Positions 26,426-40,268 of a stretch of DNA of 64,000 nucleotides are shown piece by piece. A program made the translations under genes and the position numbers. How positions within the stretch are numbered: the first letter of the stretch is position 1; each line of letters begins with the position of its first letter. This DNA comes from Squalus acanthias (Eukaryota): the NCBI GenBank assembly GCA_030390025.1, contig CM059432.1, positions 94,800,001 through 94,864,000 of the forward strand, read 5' to 3'. The notes below the pieces were generated by a model that worked only from the letters and a program-made list of their open reading frames with translations, ran no database searches and had not been told where the DNA came from.

Positions 26426-28234
26426 TTATTGCTTCCATATGCATAACTACTCATACAAAATATTTTCCTTGCATGGAGGGACACAATTTCCATTGCTAAC
26501 ATTTCAGAATAAAGAAATCGCTAGTGTAATAATTTCTTTAAAATTATTGAAATGTATTCATTTAGTTTGAAAACTTTAAGGTTTGGTTTCTGTAAATTTG
26601 ATAGAAAAAAATCAGCTATAAAGAATTAACCTTTTCCCCCCCCAAATAGACAAGAAAGGGAAGAATATGATGAAAATAATTCTTTTAGCTTTTTTTAAAT
26701 GAGATAGTTGAAAAGCAAGCATACATGACAGTCTCCGTCCCACACCCCAAATAATTAGATTGCCTTTGCTGTTGCCTCTAAACATCCTTCTTCCTCAAGA
26801 AGGTGGGGCAGTCTGGTCAGTGGCCTTTGCCATTCATTCCTGGTGCTGTTTCATGATAAGCTAACGAGGTACCAATTTGAGGCAAGAATCATTGTCAGTC
26901 TTTTTCTTCAGATGTCTGTAAAGCACTCTGTAGAATTCATTGTTTTATGCAAGTTACAAATAATTGTAGGAAAAAATTCACAGGCAGACAACCCAAACCT
27001 TCTGAATACAGAGACGCATAAGCTGTGAACATTAAGGGTGGAAGTCATACCTTCAGGTGAGGTTACAAGGTATATAGAAAAGTTTCCTACTACACTTGCT
27101 ACCTGCCAACAGCCAACTTGGTAGTATAATTCATGAGATTCAACCAACATAAAGTTGTTCACCTGTTGCAAATAGCCTGTCTCCCAGTTCCTCACCTTCT
27201 GTGTGTCTGTAATGGGAACCATACTCTTTTGTAAAGTTAGGATTATATTGGCTTACACTGACCAGCCTGTCATTCCGACTCTGTCGCCATCCCTTTTGAT
27301 GAAATTTGGTGGAATTTCTTTAAAAATGTGAGTGGGCTACAATAGCGCTGCCTGCTTTACCCAAAAGCATCATATTAAGTTAGCAAGCTATCTGTGATAT
27401 GTTCAGCCAACAGCAATTGTAACACCAAGATAGAAAAGGACAAGCCAGGACCCCATATACCCAGTTAAATCAGTGACTTTATAAGCTTTATATCTCTAGC
27501 ATTCAAAATTTATTAATGGTTGGCAATGGCAGAAAAAAGTTTAAAATTTAATTCATGTATTTTAAAGGAGTGGTATACTTTTTAATGTGTTCTATTCTTT
27601 CCACTTTCCACTGAAGGGTACTTAAAAATCTACTGATACACTAACTTGGCTGATTTCTTCTTCCAAATCAAGATTCGCAAACTGAATGTTCTGCCTGCTG
27701 ACATACTCTCTTGCTCGTCTTGGCAGTTTAATATTTTCAAAGCAAAAAGCAATGATTTCCGAACTGTTAGGTTGATAAAATTGTGACTTTAAAAAAAAAA
27801 AACAGTCCTTTTAAAGTATCATTAGCAGAATCTGTTTTGTAAAAAAAAAATCCATGCGTATGTATAATTTAAAATTTATTTGGAGGAATATTTTTATTTA
27901 AACAGGATGGCAATAACATTGTGAAGGAAAATGACTGAAGGAATTACAGGGCCTGACTATATGGTGCAGCGGAATTAAAATACACTGTTAAAACATAAGT
28001 ATCATAAGTTAATGACTGCACTTCTATTAATGTGGATATATTGGAGGGGAAAAGCAGCGGTAAGTGATGTTGTACTGAAAAAACACTTACTTGAAGGAAA
28101 CCTAGTTTTGTTTTATGGCAATTGTTTTAAACATTGGTGGATTTGTTTTGTACTGTTCTACAGAAATGAATAGCAAACAGGACCTTGATGAGCCAATTAT
28201 ATATATACTTTAAAAGACAGAAAAACTATGGCAT

Positions 28235-29145
28235 TGTAAGATCTTAATGATCTCTGAGTTCTTGGACAAGACACCAATAGGTAGCAGCCAGTATGTTTGA
28301 GCAATAGATCAAGATTTATTAAGCTTACAGTTTAATCAATACTTAACAAAAGGCGATAGTTTTAACGAGTAGCTCGCAGCCCTTGGTCTCTGGAACCTCT
28401 TGGACACCGATGACGTCGTCGTAAGTCTGTTCCTTTGTTCTCGCAGTAAGTCTGTGTAAAGTTGTTCTGAGTATCGAGGTTTTAACCCTTTTCTTATCAA
28501 AAGTTGGTTTGGCCAGTGTCCATATATGGTCTTTAACAATCACCTTTTTTAATTGGTTCTAATGGTCAAAAAACCATTGTCACTCAGACTAAGGGTAGCA
28601 TCTTGGCCACTCCTTTTTAAATACTTTTCCATCAACCCTATCCTGCTGTCTTGTTATCTTGTTTGTAGTTCTTCACCCCATTGGAATTTGTCTTATCTCT
28701 TTCATTTCTAGCCTCCCTGGTACAAGGCCTATCTACACCATGGGCCCATATCCACGCTGTTTCACTAGTCTTGAGGTATCCAGACTATCTCACTTTAATC
28801 TACCAGATATATACCGTATCTCCATTATATCTCTCATTTTATGTCCTTATTTAAAAAATAATTAGTATATCTGCAATTAGTTTTGTTAAGTGAATTCTAA
28901 TTTCTACTTAGCATTAGGATATGTTATTTAACAATTTCACCTTCACTCGCAGCCTGTGGCTGTTTGTTATCAAAGCTTAGTCAAAACTGCTTTTGTCTGT
29001 CCTTGCAGCTGCATCCTGAACAAGTCTTAGCATTTTAGTTACCCAGGAGTAATTATGGGTAATATTAGTTGGTCAATGGCTACACTTGAATTTATACATA
29101 TGATTCTCGACTACTAAATATCTCTAAATATCAGCCTTTTGTACA
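28235..29145 (-). mobile_element. Probable solo LTR (911 bp) with 4-bp TSD GCAT
   Basis: gcat|TGTA...TACA|gcat; on the minus strand CCAAT (about 28552-28556), TTAAAA (about 28480) and AATAAA (28315-28320) in U3-R-U5 order. Confidence 0.7.
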
Positions 29146-29419
29146 GCATTGTACTAAATGTATTCCTTATGTGCAGAATAAACGCTGTGGTGTTGCGAGT
29201 TAGGCAAAACTGGAACAAAGCAATCAAGCATACTACTGTTTTTCTTTTCAGTTTGTAAAACATCCATTTGCAGTGTTTCTGGATTTTGCACTGTCTACCT
29301 GAATCTCTTGTGCAATAATCTATATTAGGTCATGTTATTGCATAATTTGTTCTGAGTGACTTTTTTTAAAGAGAGCTTTGTGTGTTAGTGCAACTGCTTC
29401 AAATCCAATAAATCTACTG

Positions 29420-30020
29420 TAAATCTGCTGCAACCCTCATCCATGCCTTTGTTACCTCTAGACTTGACTATTCCAGTGCACTCCTGGCTGGCCTCCCACA
29501 TTCCACCCTATGTAAACTTGAGGTCATCCAAAATTCGGCTGCCCGTGTCCTAACCCGCACCAAGTCCCGATCGCCCATCACCCCTGTGCTTGCTGACCTA
29601 CATTGGCTCCTGGTTAAGCAGCGCCTCTATTTCAAAATTCTCATCCTTGTTTTCAAATCCCTTCATGGCTTCGCCCCTTCCTATCTCTGTAATCTCCTTC
29701 AGCCCTCCTCGGAGATCTCTGCGCTCTTTTAATTCTGCCCTCTTGAACATCCCTGATTATAATCGTTCAATCGTTTGGTGGTCGTGCTTTCTGTTGCCTA
29801 GGCTCTAAGCTCTGGAATTCCCTCCCTAAACCCCTATATCTCTCTTTCCTCCTTTTTAAGATGCTCCTTAAAACCTACCTCTTTGACCAAGCTTTTGGTC
29901 ACCTGCCCTAATTTATCCTTATGTGGATCGGTGTCAAATTTGTTGTCTTAAAATACTCGTGTGCAGCGCCTTGGGGCGTTTTACTACGTTAAAGGTGCTA
30001 TATAAATACAAGTTGTTGTT
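29420..30020 (+). mobile_element. L2 LINE 3' end
   Basis: TLIHAFVTSRLDY (accctcatccatgcctttgttacctctagacttgactat), LHWL, LWNSLP; tail aaaggtgctatataaatacaagttgttgtt. Confidence 0.92.
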
Positions 30021-30719
30021 TGAACTGGGACTTAATTTGAAGTGTTCTGAATTCTGATAAGCTAATATCACAAACTGTATTGATAGTTAAAAAGTTAACG
30101 ATAGAGCTAAAATTATATTGCGACGCTTCCTCTTTGACAGTAATTTTCCTTATATTATATCAAGGATAGATGAGAAAGCCTAATAGGAAGGGAGCAAGAC
30201 TAATGGTAGATTGAAAGTGAGCTATGGAATTTATTGGAAGTTGTGGGATAGTGTAATTAAAATCATTGCTGAAATTAAATGTAGGATGTTGGCATTACGA
30301 GAGAGAAAAAAATGCTAGAGACAATGTGTTATTGAGAAACTATATGGGGGATAGATACTGGGTGAAAAGAGATGCTACACTTGGGGGCATAGTCCCTTTA
30401 TGATTAAACTTAGAATCCATCGTAAGTAGAGCTGTCAAAATTTAATGTTCTGTGGATAAAGACAAGAAAACATGCTTATTGTATAATAAACAATATCCAT
30501 GATAAATGGTTCAAAATTCTTTATCTTCTTGCGTCCATTGACAACCGGTTGAAGTGGCAAAGGAACCATGTGTACATAGGTAAATTAAAAACACAATAGC
30601 TCGAGAATTGGCAAAGGTGACATTTTTAGATTGAAGGAATAGTCCAGAATATGGCCTCAAGTGTTCATTGGGAGAATGCTCTTCTGTTTCCTGTTGGTTT
30701 TTCCTTTAAAATTGAAAAT

Positions 30720-31090
30720 AACATAGCTGCCTCATTAATCAGGTCTACTGTCATCTTTGTGGCTTTTGGCTGGGTTTTGCTCAGCAGTGGGAGATTTACA
30801 TTTGGCTTCAGCATCACTGCGCTAGATTGGAGAAAATTGTTCAGGCTTCCTGCTTTTGATTGCTATTTAGCAGCTTCTGCTGGAAGTGCGAATGTGAATA
30901 TTGGGTGAGAACATGACCAAGGTTGCCTGTGATGCACTCTATTTTGCAGTTGAATAGTTTGATGCTTACTGTCAAGGCTCACACATGAATAATGGACAGT
31001 TGGAAACATTTCCAAAGGATGACTATCTATACTACACCAGCAAGAAGTCAACAACTTCATCTGAGGAAAAATAGGAGGGGAGAAAATTTG
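30720..31090 (+). mobile_element. Ancient AmnSINE2-like SINE copy
   Basis: cttcctgcttttgattgctat, gggtgagaac, actgtcaaggctcacacatgaataatgg, ggaggggagaaaatt. Confidence 0.6.
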
Positions 31091-32529
31091 ATGAACAATT
31101 TATAAAAAAAAAAATTAAATTTCTAACAGAATTGGTAGTTATCCTCAATATTTATAGTAAAGCTGTTGTGGAACCTTATCCTGGAACGTTGCTTCAGAAA
31201 TGAATGGGGATTCTATTGAAAAAAATTAGAATTTAGGTGAGTTAATACTAAGCTGAAATTATACTATTTTTACTGGTAACTAGAGGGCATGAATTTAAGA
31301 TATTCACAAAAGAGAATTTGCATGTTTACAAATCAGAAGTTTGCATGCATTTAAAATTCATGCAATGAAAGGGCATTGCAACAGTAGAAGCTTCAGACAG
31401 AAGTTCCTTCCTTGTTAAGTGCTGTTTTATCCGTGGAAAATCTGAGCGTCCAACAGCTGCTTTTGTATTTTCCACACAAAACCATTTTACAGTTTAGCTA
31501 CCTACTGTCATTAAATACAGACTATCCAGATTTCTGATACAAATAACAAAGGAAATAGTTTCCATTATCAAGAACATTTGCGATGAAATATGACATTACA
31601 CTATTCTTTGGGGAAAATGCTTTCCCTATAGGCTAATACATCTGTGCACTAATCGTACAATTATACATGCAGTAGAACTGCAATTCACAAGAATGTAGAA
31701 CAAAGAAAATTGGTGGAGATTTGAACAGACAAGTTTTGTGCTTTGGTTTGTTATGTATATTTCTAAACATGTACATTTAAATTGACTTGGTGGCTCAGTG
31801 CATTGAAACATCAATATACTCGGGTAAGGAGTGTTGGAATGCAGAGTTGTAAATTTCCCTGATTTTCAGATGTGTCCTTTTATGAGGAATGAAGACTAAG
31901 TAATTCCCTTTTAGCCATGAAAGATTGAGTCGGAGGATCACTCCATGCGATGCTGGTTACAGAATGGCATTGGCAGAGACTTGGGAGCAGGTTGTTCAGT
32001 TGTCCAGGGATGATGCTTAGTGTTCTGGTTAACTTTTTTTTCAACAAATTTACTTGTGAAAACTGTTTGCTTAAGACCACCTATTCCAATCTGAAACCTG
32101 CGTATTTTATTCTCGGCACAACTGAGTTAGCGCAACCCAAGTCTAAGATTAACCCCATGGTAAAGTGATTACTGAAGAACTTGTAAAATGTTTCCTGTTG
32201 ATTTGCAAAGTGAAAAATAGTCACAATGTTAGTCCATTTTGGGCAGGCTAAAGTACAATCCAGATTTGTTTACAAATAAAATGATTTTCAGAAACCTAGG
32301 CATAATCTTAAACAGTGCACCACTTGTATTCGAGAACTGGTAACAGTCCACAAAAGTTAACCTGCTCTCTCATCATTGTTGTGCCTCCGAGATAGTGATG
32401 TTTCTCATTAAAATCACCGGGAGTGGTTTGAACATTTCTCTACCTATATTATCCAAAGACTGGTTTCCTGAGAAATATCAATATTGCACAAGAAATGTTA
32501 AGCATATTGTGTATCTTGCATTAAAAAGG

Positions 32530-33750
32530 GTATACAAAGTCACAAATTACATTCTTTGTGACTGTGACCGTGATAAACTATCCCTCCTCATCCTTCTCGA
32601 TCTATCTGCAGCCTTCAACACAGTTGACCACACCATCTTCCTCCATCATCCAGCTGGGTAGAACTGCCTTTGCTTGGTTCCATTCTTATCTATCGAATCG
32701 TAACCAGAGAATCACCTGCAATGGCTTCTCTTCCCACTCCCACACTATTGTTACATCTGGAGTCCTCCAATGATCTATCCTTGGCCCCCTTCTATTTCTC
32801 ATCTACATGCTACCCCTCAGCAATATCATCCGAAAACACAAGATCAGGTTTCACGTGCGCTGACGACTCTCAGCTCTATCTCTCCGGCACCTCTCTCGAT
32901 CCCTCCACTGTATCTGATTTGTCACACTGCTTGTCTGACATCCAATATTGGATGAGCAGAAATTTCATCCAACTAAATATTGGGAAGACTGAAGCTATTG
33001 TCTTCGGACCCCGCCACATACTCCGTTCCCTGGCCACTGTTTCCATCCTTGGCAACTGTCTGAAGCTGAGCCAGACCATTTGCAACATTGGTGTTGTGTT
33101 TGACCTCGAGATGAGCTTCCGACCACATATCCGCGCCATCACCAAGACTGCCAACTTCACCTCTAACATTGGCTGACTCTGACCCTGCCTCTGCTCATTT
33201 GCTGCTGAAACCCCCCATCCATGCCTTTGTTACCTCTAGACTTGACTATTCTAGTGCTCTCCTGGCCAGCTTCCCATCTTTCACCCTTCATAAACTTGTG
33301 CCCATATCTTAACTTGCTTCAAGTCTTGTTCATCTATCAACCCTGTGCTTGCTGACCTACAGTAGCTCCCGGTCCATCAATGCCTCCATTTTAAAATCCT
33401 TATTCTTGTTTTCAAATCCCTCCCTATCTCTAACCTCCTCCAGCCTTATAAGCCTTAGATCTTTGTGCTCCTCCAATTCTGGCCTCTTGCGCATCCCTGA
33501 TTTTATTTGCTCTACCATTGCCAGCCATGCTTTCAGCTGCCGTGTCCCTAAGCTCTGGAATTCCCTCCCTAAATCTCTCCGCTTCTCTCTCCTCCTTTAA
33601 GATGCTCCTTAAAACCGACCTCTTTGACCAAGCTTTTTTTCATCTCCTTCTGTGGCTCTGTGTCAACAATGATTTTATTGCTCTTGTTAAGTGCCTTGGG
33701 ATGTTCTGATGTTATATGCGATATATAAATGTAAGTTCTTGTTGTATGTC
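32530..33750 (+). mobile_element. L2 LINE, RT to 3' end
   Basis: LLILLDLSAAFNTVDH, CADDSQLY, QLNIGKTEAIVFG, KLWNSLP. Confidence 0.93.
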
Positions 33751-34189
33751 ACACAGAAGGTGTCTCTCAAATCATATGATCGATATTGTATAATATCGAT
33801 TTGAGATGTTAAATTTGTCATACTAACTGAATATGCAAACATAATCATGGAACTGAGATTGTTGATCCTGTTAATAAAATGTTTTGAGGCAAACTTGTCA
33901 AGGATGAATGAATAAATCACTTAACACAGTTGCTTGGTCTGTTGGTAAGGTTTTTCAGAAGAGGAGATAAAGTGTCTGACCATGTTCAGGAGGAGCAAAT
34001 TAATCTGATCCCAATAAAGAGCCAAAGCACTCAAATTTAACCTGTTGATGATGCAGCAGGAGATTTGAATTCCTAGGCAGCAAAATCCCGTATTTTAATA
34101 TCTGTGGAAGCTGGGACATCTTGTGCAAGTGTGAGAAAATACATATTTTATTCCCTTTGTCCTAGGACTAGATGGAAGACAAGTAATCC

Positions 34190-36012
34190 GATTGTCTCAA
34201 CTTCCAGCTGTCTCCTTAAACCCCTCTCCCCGCCCCCTCCACTCTTGCCTCCAACAAAAAGTGCAACAAGCTTATGGACTTCTTTGTCACTAAGATTGAC
34301 ACCATCCGTTAGCTGCCTCTGCTGCTTCCCTCCCCTCTCCTAGTCTACCAGACCAAACTTCCCCTCAGGTTCCCCCTGCCCTAGCCCTGAACTCACATCT
34401 TTCTCTAGTTTCTCCTCCCATCTGCCCTCATGCCCTCTCCGAGATTAACTTGATCATGGGACTCACCTCCTGCTCCATCGACCCTATTCCCACCAAACTG
34501 CTGACCACCCAACTTCCCTTCCTGGCCTCCATGTTAGCTGATATTGTTAACAGTTCTCTCTCCTCGGTTACTGTCACACTCCCCTTCAAATCTGCCGTCA
34601 TCACCCCTCCTCAAAAAACCAACCCTTGACTCCTTTGACCTTGCAAACTACTGCCCCATCTCCAGCTTCCCTTTCCTCTCAAGTCCTTGAACGTATTGTC
34701 GCCTCCCAAATCCGTGCCCATCTTTCCCGGAACTCCATGTTTGAATCCCTCCAATCAGGTTTCCGCCCTTGCCACAGTACTGAAATGGCTCTTATCAAAG
34801 TCACAAATGACATTCTATGTGACTGTAATGGTGGTAAACTATTCCTCCTCGTCCTTCTCGACCTGTCTGCAGACACGGTTGACCACTTCCTCCTCCACTA
34901 GCGCCACTCCTCCATCATTCAGCTGGGTGCGACTGCCCTTGCCTGGTTCCATTCTTGTCTATCCAGTCATAGCCAGAGAATCGCCTACAATGGCTTCCCG
35001 CTCCCACATCGTTATTTCTGGTGTCCCCCAAGGATCTATTCTTGGCCCCCCTCCTATTTCTCATCTACATGCTGCCCCTCGGCGACATGATCCGAAAAAA
35101 CGAGAGGTTCCACTTGTACGCTGATGACACCCAGCTTTACCTCACCACCACCTCTCTCGACCCTTCCACTGTCTCTAAATTGTCAGACTGTTTGTCTGAC
35201 ATCCAGTACTGGATGAGCAGAAATTTCCTCCAACTAAATATTGGGAAGACTGAACCCCACCATGAACTCCATTCCCTAGCCACTGACTCCATCCCTCTCG
35301 CTGGCAACTGTCTGAGGCTGAATCGGACTGTTCGTGATGAGTTTCCGACCACATGTCTGCGCCATCACCAAGATTACCTACTTCCACCTCTAACATCGCC
35401 CGACTCCGCCCCTACCTCAGCTCATCTGCTGCTGAAACCTTCATCCATGCCTCTGTTACCATCTAGACTTGACTATTCCAACGCAGTCCTGTCTGGCCTC
35501 CAATCTTCCACCTTCCTTAAACTTGAGCTGATCCAAAACTCTGCTGCCCGTGTCCTAACTCGCACCAAGTTCCGTTCACCCATCACCCCATTGCTCGCTG
35601 ACTTACATTGGCTCCCAGTTGAGCAACACCTCGATTTTGAAAATTCTCATCCTTGTTCTCCAATCCTTTTATGGCCTCGCCCCTCCCTTCCCTGTAACAT
35701 CCTCCAGCCTTACCACTCTCCGATATCTGCGCTCCTCTAATTCTGGCCTCTTGCTCATCTCCGATTTTAATCGCTCCACCGTTGGCATCCGTGTCTTCAG
35801 CTGCCTTGGCCCTAAGCTCTGGAATTCCATGCCTAAACCTCTCCGCCTCTCTACCTCTCTTTCTCCTTTAAGACACTCCTTAAAGCCTACCTCTTTGACC
35901 AAGCATCGCCTTATGTGGCTCGGTGTCAAATTTTGTTTGATTACGCTCCCGTGAAGTGCCTTGGAACGTTTTGTTACGTTAAAGGTGCTACATAAATGCA
36001 AGTTGTTGTTGA
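34190..36012 (+). mobile_element. L2 LINE, longer RT fragment to 3' end
   Basis: QSGFRPCHSTEMAL, SGVPQGSILGP, HLYADDTQLY, SRLDYSNAVL; tail aaaggtgctacataaatgcaagttgttgttg. Confidence 0.95.
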
Positions 36013-36734
36013 TGCATCTTAGTGACACACTTATCTGCTTGTACCCTGCTGGTATAGCTTTACAATCTTAACTTTTGTAACCTTCTGTGTCAGAAATGCA
36101 CTTTCTGGTCTTTCAGACACGCTTCTATATATACTAAACAAAATATTACCAAAAGAACTGGAATTAAACTAAGCACTTAAGGGTGAAGACTGAAAACTGA
36201 ACTTTAGTGTCAAAAACACGCTTTGTTTGTCTAAGCCTTCGTGGTTAAATTAGTATTAACTGTTTTTGATAAGAACAACAACATAACATAATAATGGAAT
36301 CACAAAGATGATCAATCAAGAATACGTGCATTGGATGAAAGAAATCCTTGGCTAGAGACTGCCTGATCATATGCTGAAGAAGCCACTGTGATCCCTGGAA
36401 TTAGGTTCACCTAGGGTCTGAGATAAAAATTGCTCTCATTTCCTGGTACCAGAATTTCCCAAGCTATAGCAAGAACAATCATGTCAAGGAGTACAAAAGG
36501 AATTGCCACTTCGTGGGGTGGGTGGGGGGAGAGAAGAGATGTGCTTAGTATAAAAACGCTTCAATTTGTTAGTCTTAGTGTCCCTCACTCACTATTGAGA
36601 GAATATCAGATTATATGCTCAAATCCTAGATTAGGCCTTAAACCCACTATCATCTGACTCAGATGCAAGATTGCTACTAACAAGGTGAAGAGGAAGAGTG
36701 TATTAGTATGCTATACTATACTGGTACTTGTATA

Positions 36735-37180
36735 GTATTTACAGCACAGAAACAGACCATATAGCCCAACAGGTCAATGCCTGTGTTTATGCTCCACATG
36801 AGCCTTCTCCCACCTTTCCTCATCTAACCCCATCAACATATCCTTCTATTCCTTTTTCCCTCGTGTTTATCTAGCTTCCCCTTTAATGCATCTATACTAG
36901 AAGCCTCAACTACTCCTTGTAGTAGTGAGTTCCACATTCTAACCACTCTTTGGGTAAAGAAGTTTCTCTGGAATTCCTTATTGGATTTATTAGTGACTAT
37001 CTTATATTTATGGTCCCTAGTTTTGGTTTCCCCTACAAGTGGAAGCACCTTCTCTACTTCTACCCTTTCATAATCTGAAAGACCTCTATCAGGTCACCCC
37101 TCAGTCTTCTCTTTTCTAGAGAAAAGAGCTCCAGCCTGTTCAATCTTTCCTGACCAGTATAACGTCTCAGTTCTGGTATC
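36735..37180 (-). mobile_element. CR1 LINE 3' fragment
   Basis: NFFTQRVVRMWNSL on the minus strand; acagcacagaaacag is the antisense of the tail. Confidence 0.88.
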
Positions 37181-39228
37181 CAGCTTTAATCATACTTGGT
37201 ATAATTAAATAGTATACTGAAGCACTTACTTCGAAAGGACTGTAGGTCTTAAAGTACACATCTGTTTCTGTAGAAAATTTAGAAGTGTGCATGCATGGAA
37301 AATACATAATCTTAACCCAGGGGTTTAAGAATGGTATTATCAGAAGGCTGAAAAGTGGGTGGAGTGTTTCTGGGCTATTCCTATTGAATCAACCTAGCTT
37401 TCTTGCAGCACATGCTATGCTGCGGAGTGCTATATATTTAATAACGTACCCACCTTGTACCATTGCAGTTTCAATAACCGATAGGGTTACATTTATGATA
37501 TTTAACATTTTGCCGCAGAATTAGTTTGTGCTTCGAAATTCACCCTGTGGAAAAATCACTTCTCACATAGCTCAGTAAGTGGTCAAACAGTACATAAGAA
37601 AAATCTATTGACATTGAATGCAACAGTTTTGTCTGTTGGCAGTGGGACTTTTCTATTCACCATAAGCTCAAGGGATATAATAATACAAACACAGATTGCA
37701 ACTTTAGAGCTGTAAATAATAGATTATTATTTCTTGATTTATATGCAAGTTGCAAAGCATAGTACATGCTCAATCACTCTCTGGGCAACATTTTATTACT
37801 ACACCTCTCAACCACAACTAATATTTGGTTTAAAATATGAGAGCTAGGAAGAGCTGCATAAAAAATCAAGGCTACCTTCATTAATATGATGCACAAGCAC
37901 ACTCTTCACGGCTATCAGCAAGAGAGAGGCCAGATCTTATTGATCTTCACATGATACAGACTGTTTTGATCAAAAATTGTAAATATTTTGGGCTTGGACA
38001 AATTATTTTAGCTTTATTTTGTTGCGAAAACTTGGCAATAGAGATATGCAACTGAGGTTGGATTAGACATAACCCCAGTGGATTGAACTTCAAGACTGAC
38101 CAAAACACCAGCAAATGTGTAAAACTTCGCTCCGCTTCAACTTCTTGGTTAGTTCAAGGATGGATTAAGAAATCGGGGTTCTGTAATTTCACAAACAAAA
38201 ACGCTTTGGCTGCTATTATCAGGTTTTTTTCTGTCTGACATTTTCAAACTGCTGTAAATTTCCAGCACAATTCCAAGAAAAACCTGCTCAGTAAACAGAA
38301 TGATTTTGTGCTTTTCTGGTTAAAAAGATTATTCTGTTTGGACATAAAATTGCAGACTCCTGCACATCCCTTAGTGCCACTCTGCGGGTGGTTAGCAAGG
38401 GTTGTGCAATAGAGATGATTACGAGCCTTGTTTGATATAACCTATAAGAGGATCTTAATCAGTAGCTTATCTGTTCAAAGACATCCAATCACAAATTCAG
38501 CATAGCTGTATATTTCAGATTGAAAAGTGAATGCACTATTGCAATAGAATTTTGGCAAGTACACCAGAACTGTTAAAAATGTCCTTGTACATTTTAAACT
38601 CCTTCTGCTCTCTCCTGCTGCCTTCAGTTATGGTCTTCTTGACTGTCGTCATCTTCATGCCTCCTAAAAAGTTCCAGCCTTCAACAGCAGACAGATGCGC
38701 TTCTGCAGAGCTAGGTTGATTCTACTGTAAGCACATCTTCTGGCAGCTCACCCAAGACTAGACAACAGTTATTTATCGAGTCAAGAGTAAATGTCCTCCG
38801 GGTGAGAATCTAGTACTCTGCTACTAGAGCTATTGGAAACAAATGAGTCTGAATCACTTAATTAAATTGTGACATGTTAACGCATTCAAATCTGGCCTCA
38901 ATTTTCCATTGGATACAAGGGTATAAATGTTATTTGATTTTTAGGTAAATAATGAGTCCCCCTAGAATCTCCCAAGGTGATCTCGGCAACCCCCCCCCCC
39001 CCCCAACCGGCTTTCCCCCACTGATGTTATGTTTTTTCCTTGCTCCCTGAGGTAGTTTTCCAGTCCTTTACACCCTCTCTTGTCCTTCCCCTCCCCCCCC
39101 CCCCCCCCCCCCCCCTTTAGGCCCCAAATGTACCCTGTACCCCTCCCTTTTCTCCCATTTATACATTAAAACTCGGCTAGATGTTTTTTTCAGTAGTACT
39201 GTAGTGATGTGAATGTTTTCTTTTCTAG

Positions 39229-39384
<156 letters not shown>

Positions 39385-39862
39385 TGATCTGAGTGTGTGC
39401 TATAGTTTGTTGATTGTGATGTGACACTTAGAAAAGAACTGCACTAAAGTAATATTAATGAGAAGTCATGCATATTGATCAAAACAAAAATTGGTCTTTG
39501 TAAAGATCACTAAAGAAGTCTGTGTTTATATTCTACATAAGTTGTAACTTAGAGTAAAACTTTCCACATCTTGTTTGCGTATTTGAGCTCCTTTACACGC
39601 ACCAAGCAAACAGGTCAACTTGCCCTTGAGTTAAATAAGTTTTTATTACCCAGTAGTATTCAATTATCTTGTACAATAAGTGATATAATGTAGGTTAAAA
39701 TGTAACCTGAACATTACATCTTGGGTACTACAAATACAATCTAAACATTTAATGGAGGATGTTAAAGAACCTTCAGAATCTTTTCTGTTATTAAATGGTT
39801 AATGTTCCAAGTGTGGAGGTGGTATGAAATGTGCTCCTGAAAAATGTGTAGTGTAAAACAAT

Positions 39863-40268
39863 GGGCTGGATTTTGCGATAAGAATAACTGAGGCTAACGG
39901 CACTCACCGTTATAACGGAGAAAATCTGACAGCAACTTCTGGAGTGTGCACATGTGCAGTTAAATGTGGAAACCCAGAAGTTGCTGTCAGAGATACCCAC
40001 TCCTCCATGGGATGCGCTGTTGCAGTCCTTGCCTATAGACTCGGCACTGAAATGACTGCAATGGCGTGAACTTGGGGTGCCTACTCGTTCCGCACTAAAA
40101 ACGGCTGAAAAAGTTAGGGCTGGTGCATTCAGGAGTAAGTGAGTTTTAAAGGCATGATAAGTGATAATTACTGCTGAACAACCTTCTTGGCCCTGAAACA
40201 GACGCCAAATTAGTGGAACTCTGCGCTCTGAAGCCCGCAAAAACATTTTGGGCAGCAAAATCCTGGTC
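39863..40268. mobile_element. Harbinger/PIF-type MITE with AAT TSD
   Basis: aat|gggctggattttgc ... gcaaaatcctggtc|aat; CpG-richer than flanks. Confidence 0.7.

Noticed and set aside
37400..38800. Possible old transposase remnant
   Set aside because: No diagnostic motif or TIR found.
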